Positions 27,713 through 37,263 of a DNA stretch of 64,000 nt are shown here, in pieces. Both the position numbers and the translations under genes were made by a program. The notes beneath the pieces were generated by a model. The model ran no database searches. It had not been told where the DNA came from and worked only from the letters and a program-made list of their open reading frames with translations. The DNA is from Pedosphaera sp. (lineage in GTDB: Bacteria; Verrucomicrobiota; Verrucomicrobiia; Limisphaerales; UBA9464): positions 859-64,858 of the forward strand of contig SIBK01000015.1 of the NCBI GenBank assembly GCA_009695205.1, written 5' to 3'. Position 1 is the stretch's first letter; every line of letters begins with the position of its first letter.

Positions 27713-29910
27713 ATGCTGTTTCTCTTGCTATCTCTTTCCATTGCCTGCCAAGCCCGGGCCGCGGAAGCTCTCGGCACCTTTGACGGACGGTCCGATATCG
27801 GCAGACCGTCGCGCCCCGGATCGATCGAAATCGACAGCGTCGCCCAAACCTACCGGGTGACCGGTGGCGGTGCCAACATGTGGTTCACGAACGACGCCCT
27901 CCATTTCGTCTGGAAAAAGGTCTCGGGAGATCTGTCGCTCTCCGCAAATCTTGAGTTCCTGGGCAACGGGTTGGATCCCCACCGCAAGGCGTGCCTGCTG
28001 ATCCGCCAAAGCCTGGACAGCAATGCCGCTTACGCGGATGCGGCATTGCATGGAGATGGTCTGACCTCGCTTCAATACCGCGAAACCCAAGGTGGGCCAA
28101 CTCGCGAAATCCAGTCAAACGTCAGGAGCCCGACCCGGCTGCGACTCGAGAAGCGCGGGCATTATATCTCCATGTCGATCGCACGCGCCGGGGATTCTCT
28201 GCAGCCCGCCGGCGGTTCCATTCGCCTGGTCCTAAACGAGCCATTCTATGTTGGCCTGGGAGTTTGCGCCCACAACGACACCACCCTTGAAACCGCCGTC
28301 TTTTCCCAGGTGGAACTTACCGCCAGCCTGGACCAATCGCTGACGACAAACTCGAAACCCCGCGTCATCAGCACGCGCGCTGGGGCTAACCTGTTTCGGC
28401 AGCAGATTCAACCCGTGCTCCGAGAGTTCTGTTTTGACTGCCATGCAGAGGGCGCCCGCAAAGGAGGAGTTGCCTTCGATGAGTTCAATTCCGACCAATC
28501 CATCCTGGAAGATCACAGCCTGTGGTTCAAGGCCTTGAAAAACGTCCGGGCCGACGTGATGCCCCCTGCAAAAAGCCTCAGCCAAACGCAACGAAACGCG
28601 CTCATATTGAAGCATGGATCAAATCTGCTGTCTTCAAGGTCGACCCGGAGAATCCGGATCCCGGACGTGTCACCGTGCGCCGACTGAACCGGGTCGAGTA
28701 CCGGAATTCCATCCGTGATTTAATTGGCGTCGACTTTAATTTAGAGGCCGAATTTCCGGCGGACGACATCGGGCACGGTTTCGATAATATCAGCGATGTT
28801 CTCACGCTCTCGCCGATGCTTTTGGAGAAATATCTCAACGCAGCGAAAGCCGTGGTCACTCGGGGAGTGCCTGCTGTTCCGCGAATTCCGGCGGAGGAAA
28901 TAATCGAAGGCCACCGGTTTCACTCCACCACAAGCCTTTCTCCGGCTGAAGGCATATCCATCGATCAATTCATCGCCCGTCAGGTGGGTCATCTCACCCG
29001 GTTTCCGTCTCTTGAACTTGCGAGCGACGCCACCCGCGGTTCCGGTGCGTGCGACTCCGGCTACGCGTGCGCCTATCAGTACAATATTTCGTGGAGTTCA
29101 CCGACCACTCCCCGGTCTCCGGAAACCAATCTACGCCTGCTCTTCGAACGTCTTTTCGGGGCAGGCGCACCCGGGCAACGACAGGAAAACCTGAAACGAC
29201 GTCAGCAAGAACAACGCTCCGTTCTCGATTTCGTGCTGGAGGACGCCCGCAGAATGCAGCGCCGGCTTGCCCCCCGCGACAACGACAAACTTGCCCAATA
29301 TCTGAACGGAATCCGCGAGGTCGAAACTCGTATCGAACGGGCCGAGCAGTTCGGGGAAATCCGCGATCCCATTATCGATACACCGGCTGGAATCCCGTCA
29401 GACCGTGCGCACTACGTTCAATTGATGTTCGATATGATGGTGCTCGCATTCCAGACCGATTCCACCCGGGTCGCCACCTTGATGCTGGGTCACGATGGCG
29501 ACAACCGGTCTCTCTCGGAAATCGACATCGCCGAGGGCCATCATGACCTTTCCCATCATTTCAACGACGCCGGCAAGATTCAGAAGATTTCTGAGATTGA
29601 TCACTGGTATGTGGAACAATTCTCACAGTTCCTCCAAAAGCTCAGGGACACCCCGGATATTGATGGCCAATCTCTGTTGCACAATTCTGTGGTGCTATAC
29701 GGCAGCGGCAACGCCGATGGAAATAAGCACACGCACTCAAACCTTCCGCTGATCCTGGCGGGCGGAGGAGGAGGAATGATCACCCTCGGTCGCTATCAAC
29801 GCTACGGCTCACAGCCCGCCAGCAACCTTTTCTTGAGTCTGGCCGATCGCATGGGTGTGACCGGATTGGAACGGTTCGGAGATTCCACGGCCCGGCTCGG
29901 CGACATTTGA
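27713..29910 (+). pseudogene. frameshifted chimeric gene: signal peptide, ConA-like domain, PSCyt-like CxxCH, DUF1587, then the C-terminal ~2/3 of DUF1552
   Basis: ORF 27629-28687 carries the signal peptide MLFLLLSLSIACQARA, a TGGGANMW lectin-like domain and CFDCH. It overlaps ORF 28522-29910 in the -1 frame, which carries PGRVTVRRLNRVEYRNSIRDL...GFDNISDVLTLSPMLLEKYL (DUF1587). That ORF continues with GISIDQ...HLTRFPSLEL...CDSGYACAYQYNISW...FERLFG...QTDSTRVATLMLGHDG...GHHDLSHH...NLPLILAGGGGG (DUF1552). The frames join at the A5 run 28570-28574. Confidence 0.7.
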
Positions 29911-29918
29911 CGGCTCAA

Positions 29919-30722
29919 TCAGGAGCTCGCGCTCGTGTATCGGGCGAGGGACCACCGCCACATCACCTCGCTAAAACCAAAGCAGACCACCGCCAACCCC
30001 AATAACATCAGCACCGATTGCACGGACTCCAGCTTAGCCAAAATCAGGCGGGCCGGCACGTTGGACACCAGGAGCACCGGCAGTACCCAAGTGAACATCA
30101 TCCGATAGACCCCCCGGAAGGCGGTATCGGGAAGACGGGCAATGTTGAACAAATTATAGTAGCCCCAGACGATTCCCTGAGCGCGGACGGTCCAGAAACT
30201 AATCGTCGCCAGCAGAAACATTAACGAATAGTGAATCATCACTCCGGCGGCTGACAGGACTCCAAATCCGGCGACCTGCAGCAGTGATGGGTGCAGATGC
30301 ATCTGCCGGCCGGCGTAGGCCATGACAGCCAGCCCCAAGGCCGCATTGAGGTAGTTGCCCCAGTCAACCTTGCGGAGTGAGATGAGGAACCGGGTATTCA
30401 CCGGCAGTAGCAGCATGAAATCAAGGCGGCCGGTCCGGATATGCTCGCTGAGATCGGTGATATTGGTCAGGAAGAGGGCGGTAAACAGTTGTTGAATGAA
30501 CTGATTGCAGCCCACCAATAGCACTACCTCCCACTTCGACCAACCCGCAATGCTATCCGTATGCGTGTACAGCACGGTCATGAAAGACAATTGCAGGGCG
30601 AACCAGAGAGCCTCAACCAGGATCCACAAGAGGAAATTAACCTTGAATTGCATCTCTCGGACCAAGGAATTCCTCCAAAGGGCTCCGTATAAGCCCAAAT
30701 AGCGCTTCAACGTGGCCGTCAT
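29919..30722 (-). CDS. ABC-2 family transporter permease (ABC2_membrane_6/DUF990-like), no partner genes
   Basis: Starting at MTATLKRYLGLYGALWRNSLVREMQFKVNFLLW..., it is 267 aa with about 6 TM spans. No ATPase or second permease is adjacent. Confidence 0.65.
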   Translation of the reverse strand: MTATLKRYLGLYGALWRNSLVREMQFKVNFLLWILVEALWFALQLSFMTVLYTHTDSIAGWSKWEVVLLVGCNQFIQQLFTALFLTNITDLSEHIRTGRLDFMLLLPVNTRFLISLRKVDWGNYLNAALGLAVMAYAGRQMHLHPSLLQVAGFGVLSAAGVMIHYSLMFLLATISFWTVRAQGIVWGYYNLFNIARLPDTAFRGVYRMMFTWVLPVLLVSNVPARLILAKLESVQSVLMLLGLAVVCFGFSEVMWRWSLARYTSASS

Positions 30723-30756
30723 TCCAAAGTTCGGTCGTGGATCCCGCACGTGTTCA

Positions 30757-31059
30757 TCAGCGGGATTCCAGGATCCGAGGCGGACCGGCAAATCGCCGGC
30801 ATTCCCAGCCAAACCAGACGGCCAACATGACTCCTGTTGTCCCGCCCACAACGCCCACCGCGTGCGCCTCGGGAGGGGTGAGGCCAAAGGCTGCCACTGC
30901 AAAATCATAGGCTCCCCCGTTGATCGCGCCGAGAACCGTGACCAGACCCGCCAGGTTTAGCCATGCGGTAACCCAGCCACACGCTCTCCCACCCAAAATG
31001 GAGCTCCAATGATACAGCCCACTCGACGCCAGGACACTCTTTCCGCCACCGCATCTCAC
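30757..31059 (-). pseudogene. fragment of an APC-family amino acid permease
   Basis: ...SGLYHWSSILGGRACGWVTAWLNLAGLVTVLGAINGGAYDF... corresponds to the TM2-TM3 region of APC permeases. About 100 of roughly 500 codons remain. Confidence 0.5.
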
Positions 31060-32210
31060 AAAACCTCCCGATACAACTGACGGAATTCAGCCGCCATAAC
31101 GGGGACCGCATTGGTCTTGTGGCACGGATCTTCCACCGCCTGCGCCACCAATGCCTCCAGTTGTTCCGGTTTCACACCGTGCTCCCGAAGACGCGTATTC
31201 AGGCCAAGGTCGGAAAGGAAGGCTCCAATGAACTCAATGGTGAGGCGGTCCGCTTCCTCCGCCGGACATTTCAGAACCTCGAGTCCGCACGCGGTTCCCA
31301 CCCGTCGGTATAGACCTGGCTTATGCCGGGCACAGAACTTCATGCCGGCCACCAGGCACAGGGCGTTTGCCAACCCGTGGTGCATGCCACACAGGGTGGA
31401 AAGGGGATGAGCCAGCGAGTGCACAACACCCAGATCTTTCTGGAATGCCACCGCCCCCATCGCCGCAGCCGCCAGCATGTGACCCCGCGCCTCGAGATCA
31501 GCCCCGTTCCGATACACCCTTGGCAAGGCTTCGATCACCAGCCGCACACCCTCCAGTGCAATACCATCACACATCGGATGGAAAGCCGGGCAGGTATAGG
31601 ACTCGATGCAATGGGTCAGCGCATCGGCTCCCGTCGCCGCCGTCAGCTTGGGCGGCAGGCCTGCCGTAAACTCCGGATCGAGAAGGACCCAGTTCGCCAG
31701 CAACCCCGGCGTGAAGAGCACCGCCTTGCGTTTCGTGGCCGTAAGCGTAATGACTGAACTTCGCCCCACCTCGCTCCCCGTTCCCGCCGTCGTCGGAATG
31801 CAAACGCAGGGGGCAAGCCCCGACCAGTCGTCATCCCATCGAAACTCCCCGAGCTTCAAATCCAGCCTCTTGAGAAGCAACCGAATAGCCTTCCCAACAT
31901 CCAGTGCGCTGCCACCGCCGAAGGCGATGACACCGTCGCATCCGTGCCGACGATAGGCTTGCGCACCCGCCGTGACATCCGGTTCCAGCGGATTCGGATG
32001 GACCCCGTCGAAGAGAAACCAGCTCCTGCCCTGCCCCTCCCCTCCCAAAGCCTCTACCAGCAGTGCAAACGCGGAGGTCGGAAGCAGCCCCGGATCGGTC
32101 ACAACCAACGGGCGCCGAATACCCAGACTAGGAAGCTGAGTTGCCAGTTCGCGGCGAGCGCCGATTCCATAGAGTGTCCGGGTCGGAAAGGAAAAAGAGG
32201 CAAGACTCAT
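31056..32210 (-). CDS. iron-containing alcohol dehydrogenase
   Basis: MSLASFSFPTRTLYGIGA...VIAFGGGSALDVGKAI... plus His-rich metal-site motifs (HSLAHPLS, CGMHHGLANA). Confidence 0.85.
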   Translation of the reverse strand: MSLASFSFPTRTLYGIGARRELATQLPSLGIRRPLVVTDPGLLPTSAFALLVEALGGEGQGRSWFLFDGVHPNPLEPDVTAGAQAYRRHGCDGVIAFGGGSALDVGKAIRLLLKRLDLKLGEFRWDDDWSGLAPCVCIPTTAGTGSEVGRSSVITLTATKRKAVLFTPGLLANWVLLDPEFTAGLPPKLTAATGADALTHCIESYTCPAFHPMCDGIALEGVRLVIEALPRVYRNGADLEARGHMLAAAAMGAVAFQKDLGVVHSLAHPLSTLCGMHHGLANALCLVAGMKFCARHKPGLYRRVGTACGLEVLKCPAEEADRLTIEFIGAFLSDLGLNTRLREHGVKPEQLEALVAQAVEDPCHKTNAVPVMAAEFRQLYREVL

Positions 32211-32446
32211 TGGGCCACCCTCTCGGAGTGGACCGCCACAGGGCAATTCAAAAACTGAAACATGCCCCGGGTTCTCCGCAAAATGACCGCTGCTTAGCGA
32301 CGGTGGGGGGAAGAATAGTAGCCAGGCGCCGCGGCCGATCGACGATCGAGCTTGCGGGTCGCCTTAAGTCGGACCTGCCGCCGACGGGTGGGGATGATGA
32401 CGACGGAGCCTTCTCCGTAACCAGCCATCATGATCGAGTTCAGCTC

Positions 32447-33798
32447 CTAGTTGTCCACCGCCGCGCCGACGAGCTGCCGAAATTTCCAATCCGTGTCGTC
32501 GTTACCGCCCTGGGTTTGTTTCATCAGGATACCAACGATTTTCTCCTTGGGATCGGCAAAATATTGCGTATTGAAGTAACCGCCCCATTCAAACGTGCCG
32601 GCACTGCCCTGACCGCCTCGCCCCACGCCTTTCTCCGTCACCACACCGAACGCGAGGCCGTAATGCGAGTTGCCGTCTCCGAACAGATCACCGGTTTGAT
32701 TGCGCATCAGTGTGTCAATCGTCGTGCGGCTCAGAATGCGGACGCCGTTCAGCTCGCCGCCGTTGAGATACATCTGGAGAAACGTCGCGTAATCCTTTGC
32801 GGTGCTGCACAAGCCGGCGCCGCCCGAGAAGAAGCGCTTCGCGCCTTTGATCGGGTAGTCCGGGTCGTAAAACGTCACGGGGTAACGCACCCACTTGCCA
32901 CCCTCGGGTTTTTGAACACTGACGAGGCGACCGGCCTTTTCCGCGGGCAGATAAAAGCCCGTGTCATTCATCCCGAGCGGCGTGAAGAGGTGGTCGCGCA
33001 GGAAGACATCGAATGGCTTGCCCGAGACGATCTCGATGAAATAGCCCAGCACGTCGAGCCCTTCGCTATACGTGAACTTCTCGCCGGGCTGATGATGAAG
33101 CGGCAGCTTGGCCAGCTTCTTGACGCTTTCACCAATGGTCACCGACCCGGTCGTGAACAAATCCGTGACGCCAGCCTTGGCATAGATCTTCTTGAAGCGC
33201 TCATCGCCGTCGATCACGCCGTAACCGATGCCGGACGTGTGTGTGATCAGATGCCGGAGGGTGATGGGTTTGCTGGCGGGCTCGGTGGTCCACGTCATGT
33301 CGGCGTCGTTAAACGTCTTCAATACTCCGGCATCCTTGAATTCGGGAATCCACTTCGAGATCGGATCATCGAGCTGAAATCGCCCTTCCTCCCATAAGAT
33401 CATCACCGCCGTGGACGTGATCGCCTTGGACTGCGACGCAATGCGGAAGACGTCGTCCCGCTTGAGCGCACGGCCAGATTCGTTGTCCGCCAAGCCGAAC
33501 GCCCGATGATAAACGATCTTGCCATTGCGCGCCACGAGGGCGACCGCGCCAGGAATGCGATCCTCCTTGATCGCGGTGCCAATCCGCGGTGCCAATCCGC
33601 GGTGCCAATCCGCGCCAACCGCTCGGCGGACATCCCGGCCCGCGATGGCGACGCCTCGGTCAACGGACGCGAGCGTTGGGTGGACTTGGTTTGCGGATAC
33701 CCAGCTACCGGCGCGAAGGACAGTACGGCCGACAATGTTAGAAGGACAGTTCGCGATGACATTGCCGCTACGCTAACAAGTCGCGAGCCGAATGTCAT
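32447..33798 (-). pseudogene. secreted serine hydrolase (beta-lactamase/PBP4-like family), split by a 26-nt repeat expansion
   Basis: The N-terminal ORF (from 33798) has a signal peptide followed by ...GMSAERLARIGTA. The main ORF (33595-32447) reads ..IGTAIKEDRIPGAVALVARNGKIVYHRAFG...SQSKAIT (SxxK). The two frames differ by the 26 nt contributed by two extra 13-nt units. Confidence 0.75.
33572..33610. repeat. perfect 13-nt x 3 tandem repeat (cgcggtgccaatc) inside a CDS
   Basis: Read directly from the sequence: units at 33572-33584, 33585-33597 and 33598-33610, followed by a degenerate partial unit cgcgccaac. Confidence 0.9.
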
Positions 33799-34022
33799 TC
33801 TCAGGAATGGGAGTCACGGCGGACCGCAGTTCTTCGCGAATATCCGCGTAGCCGTCCGCAGAGTCCGCGTCGATCCCAACGACAGCGCCGGTGGATTTCA
33901 CTTCCTCAATTCAAGAGAAAGAAGGCGGATGACGCATCAGGAACGAGGGTGCCCGCCTGAAAAGCAAAAGCCCCTGGAGAAATGCCAGGGGCCGTCCGTT
34001 CTCTTGGAATTGAGTCAACTTA

Positions 34023-34583
34023 TCAGGCCCGTTCCATGTACTTGCCCGAGCGCGTGTCCACTTTAATTCTCTCACCGGTCTTGATAAACAGCGGAGTGGA
34101 AATCTGGATGCCTGTCTCCAGTATGACGAGCTTCTGAACGTTGTTCGACGAATCGCCCTTGATTCCTTCGGGAGCGTCCTTGACCGTCAGAATCACACTC
34201 GCCGGCAACTCCACCGCGACCGCCTTGTCCGCAACGAATGTGATCGTCACGGATCCGTTCTCCACGAGAAAATTCCGGCCGTCGCCCACCAACGCCGCCG
34301 TCACGGTTACTTCTTCAAAGGTCTCCGGGTTGGAGAAGACATAGTCCTCGCCCGATTTGTAGCTGAACTCCATTCGCGTGGACTGCAAAGGAACCGTCTC
34401 GACCTTTTCTGTCGAACTAAACCGGGTGTCCATGCTCTTGCCGGTGCGGATGCTCCGGATGATCGCCTGCACAAAAGCCCGGAGATTACCGGGCGTACGA
34501 TGCTGGACTTCGAGGACAACACACACTTCGGTGTTGTGCACAATTGCCATGCCCTTACGGAGATCGTTAGCGGAAACGGACAT
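34023..34583 (-). CDS. efp: elongation factor P
   Basis: Colinear with E. coli EF-P over the full length (MSVSANDLRKGMAIV...VKDAPEGIKGDSS...TPLFIKTGERIKVDTRSGKYMERA). I place the start at the internal ATG at 34583. Confidence 0.9.
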   Translation of the reverse strand: MSVSANDLRKGMAIVHNTEVCVVLEVQHRTPGNLRAFVQAIIRSIRTGKSMDTRFSSTEKVETVPLQSTRMEFSYKSGEDYVFSNPETFEEVTVTAALVGDGRNFLVENGSVTITFVADKAVAVELPASVILTVKDAPEGIKGDSSNNVQKLVILETGIQISTPLFIKTGERIKVDTRSGKYMERA

Positions 34584-34943
34584 AATTCGGATAAAGTCTG
34601 AACGCCCGGACCACCCGGACGGGTTTGGCAGATTACCGGGGGAGGAGTCCGTTGCAAGCCTGCTTTTTCCGGCAGTTCTCATTTTGCCGTCTATGAGGCA
34701 GGTCTCCAGCCTGCCGTCTCCGGAAGTCTCCGACTCCGCGGGGGGTGAAAAACCCTGTGACCGGCAGACCTGGAGGTCTGCCCCACGAGTTTGAATTCAA
34801 TGAAAACGGCGGTGCTTTTTTGGAGGATTCCTGCGTTCGCTCTCCCGAAGGTCGAATCTTTCTTTTGAAAACCTCGCGCTTCCCGCCACACTCCGCCCTT
34901 CAAATCTCCGGCGGTCGGCGTTTTAGGCCCCGCCTCGACACGC

Positions 34944-36758
34944 ATGAAACGCACGCATCATTGCAACGAACTCCGGCTCAACCACGCTGGGCAGACCGTC
35001 ACACTCGAAGGCTGGGTTCATTCCCGGCGCGACCTCGGCGGCGTCCTCTTCATCGATCTCCGCGATCGAGAAGGCCGCACTCAAACCGTTTTCGATCCGT
35101 CGGATCTCGCTCCCGATGTCTTCGAAACCGCCGCCCGCCTGCATAGCGAATCCGTCATCCGCGTGTCCGGTCATGCCCGCAGCCGGCCGACCGGCACGGA
35201 AAACACCAAGATTGCCACCGGTCAGATCGAATTGCATGTGCGGGAACTGACGGTCCTGAATCACGCCGAGGTGCTACCCTTTTCGATCGACGACCCCGAG
35301 ATCGCCAATAAGGTCAATGAAGAGCTTCGCCTTCAGTACCGGTATCTCGATCTGCGCCGACCGGAAATGCTGCGCAACCTCCGCCTGCGATCCAAGGTCG
35401 CCACCGCCACTCGAGTGTTCATGGAGGAACAAGGTTTCCTCGAGATCGAAACGCCGACTCTCTTCAAATCCACTCCCGAGGGTGCCCGTGAATTCCTGGT
35501 CCCCAACCGCCGCGATCCCGGCACGTTTTACGCCCTTCCGCAGTCGCCCCAGCAGTTCAAACAAATCCTCATGGTTGCCGGAGTGGAACGTTACTTCCAA
35601 CTCGCTCGTTGCTATCGCGACGAAGACCTCCGCGCCGATCGCCAACCCGAGTTCACCCAGATCGACATCGAAATGAGCTTCATCGATCGGGAGGACATCT
35701 ATGCCCTGATCGAAGGCCTCCTCAAGCGCGTTTGGAAAACCGCTCTCGGAATGGACATCCCGACTCCATTCCGCCGGATGCCGTTCGTCGACGCCTTGAA
35801 CCACTATGGCATCGATAAACCCGACACGCGGTTCGGCATGGAGCTCGTGGATTTTACCGAGGAGTTCCGAACGTCCACATTCAAAGTCTTCAGTGGCGCC
35901 ATCGCCGCCGGCGGCGTGGTCAAGGCTCTCAACGCAAAGGGCATGGCGAACGCCACCCAAGGACAACTCGAAACGATGACCGAGTACGCCAAGAGTTTCG
36001 GTGCCAAAGGCCTCGCCTTTATCAAGGTCGAAAACGGTGAATGGAAATCGCCCATCGTCAAGTTCTTCACCGCGGGAGAAAAAAGCGCCCTCAATTCCAA
36101 GCTCACCATTGAGGAAGGCGACCTCATCTTGTTCGCTGCCGACCAGTGGCTCAATGCCTGCGAAATCCTCGGGAAAATTCGCCTCTACTGCGCCGACGTT
36201 CTCAAATCTCAGGGTCGCCTCGTGATTGATCCGCTTCAGTTCAACTTCCTATGGGTCGTCGATTTTCCGCTCCTCAGTTTCGACAAGGAAATGAATCGTT
36301 GGTACTCCAGCCACCACCCGTTTACCGCTCCTGTCGAAGAGGACATCCCGCTGCTCAAACTCGATCCTAAAAAGGTCCGCGGCCAGCACTACGACATCGT
36401 CGTCAATGGGGTCGAACTCGGCGGAGGGTCCATCCGGATACATCAACCCGCCGTGCAAAAAGCCATCTTCGAGGAAATGCTCGCCATCCCGCCCGACGAA
36501 ACAAAACTGCGGTTCGGCTACATGCTTGAAGCCTTCAAATTCGGCGCCCCGCCCCACGGCGGCATCGCCCTCGGATTCGATCGCCTCATCGCCACCCTCT
36601 GCGGCACACCCAGCATCCGCGATGTAATCGCATTCCCAAAAACTGCAAAAGGCACCTGCCTCCTGACGGATTCCCCAAGCACCGTCTCAGCGCGCCAACT
36701 CCGCGACCTGCACCTCGAAGTGAACGCGGCAAAGAAGGAAACCCCGACACCCTCCTGA
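34944..36758 (+). CDS. aspS: aspartate--tRNA ligase
   Basis: Motifs FIDLRDREG, FYALPQSPQQFKQ, GGGSIRIH and PPHGGIALGFDRL. Confidence 0.95.
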   Translation: MKRTHHCNELRLNHAGQTVTLEGWVHSRRDLGGVLFIDLRDREGRTQTVFDPSDLAPDVFETAARLHSESVIRVSGHARSRPTGTENTKIATGQIELHVRELTVLNHAEVLPFSIDDPEIANKVNEELRLQYRYLDLRRPEMLRNLRLRSKVATATRVFMEEQGFLEIETPTLFKSTPEGAREFLVPNRRDPGTFYALPQSPQQFKQILMVAGVERYFQLARCYRDEDLRADRQPEFTQIDIEMSFIDREDIYALIEGLLKRVWKTALGMDIPTPFRRMPFVDALNHYGIDKPDTRFGMELVDFTEEFRTSTFKVFSGAIAAGGVVKALNAKGMANATQGQLETMTEYAKSFGAKGLAFIKVENGEWKSPIVKFFTAGEKSALNSKLTIEEGDLILFAADQWLNACEILGKIRLYCADVLKSQGRLVIDPLQFNFLWVVDFPLLSFDKEMNRWYSSHHPFTAPVEEDIPLLKLDPKKVRGQHYDIVVNGVELGGGSIRIHQPAVQKAIFEEMLAIPPDETKLRFGYMLEAFKFGAPPHGGIALGFDRLIATLCGTPSIRDVIAFPKTAKGTCLLTDSPSTVSARQLRDLHLEVNAAKKETPTPS

Positions 36759-36831
36759 GTTCATTTCAAAGAAACGGATTTCGTGAGGATTGACAGAGCT
36801 GACCGCCAACCGCCAGAAAGAGATCCAGCCA

Positions 36832-37128
36832 TCACTTTCCCCGGGTATTGTGCTCGATCTGGAGCTGGCAAAGGGCTCTTTGCGCCTGGAGCTTCAACTG
36901 GGAGGCGCGCTCCAGTCCCTGGCCCAGACCGATGAGGCCCAGCAACGCGGCGCACATCCAATCCGATCCTTTCAACGCGATCGACGAGGGTAGCGCCTGC
37001 AGGATATAAGGGGCACCCACCAAACCAATCAGGCCGCCCAGGGCCGCAGACGTCACGCCAGACAACGTTGCTCGGAAATAGAGCCGAGTGGCACATTTTT
37101 GAATCACAGCCGGATCGTAAGGTATCAT
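36832..37128 (-). CDS. hypothetical small 2-TM membrane protein
   Basis: 98 aa from the internal ATG, with TM1 LSGVTSAALGGLIGLVGAPYIL, TM2 WMCAALLGLIGLGQGL and an amphipathic tail. It lies downstream of the AAA ATPase on the same strand. Coding status is unproven. Confidence 0.35.
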   Translation of the reverse strand: MIPYDPAVIQKCATRLYFRATLSGVTSAALGGLIGLVGAPYILQALPSSIALKGSDWMCAALLGLIGLGQGLERASQLKLQAQRALCQLQIEHNTRGK

Positions 37129-37263
37129 AACCGATCCGAAGCATGCCGGCGCGGGAAGCGGAATGACAGCACGGTGTGCCCTGGGTGCGTCGTGCGTGAT
37201 CGATGGGGCCAGAGTTCGAGTACAATTCCTGCCGGTCGAGGCGGGCAATTCGACCACAACCCC

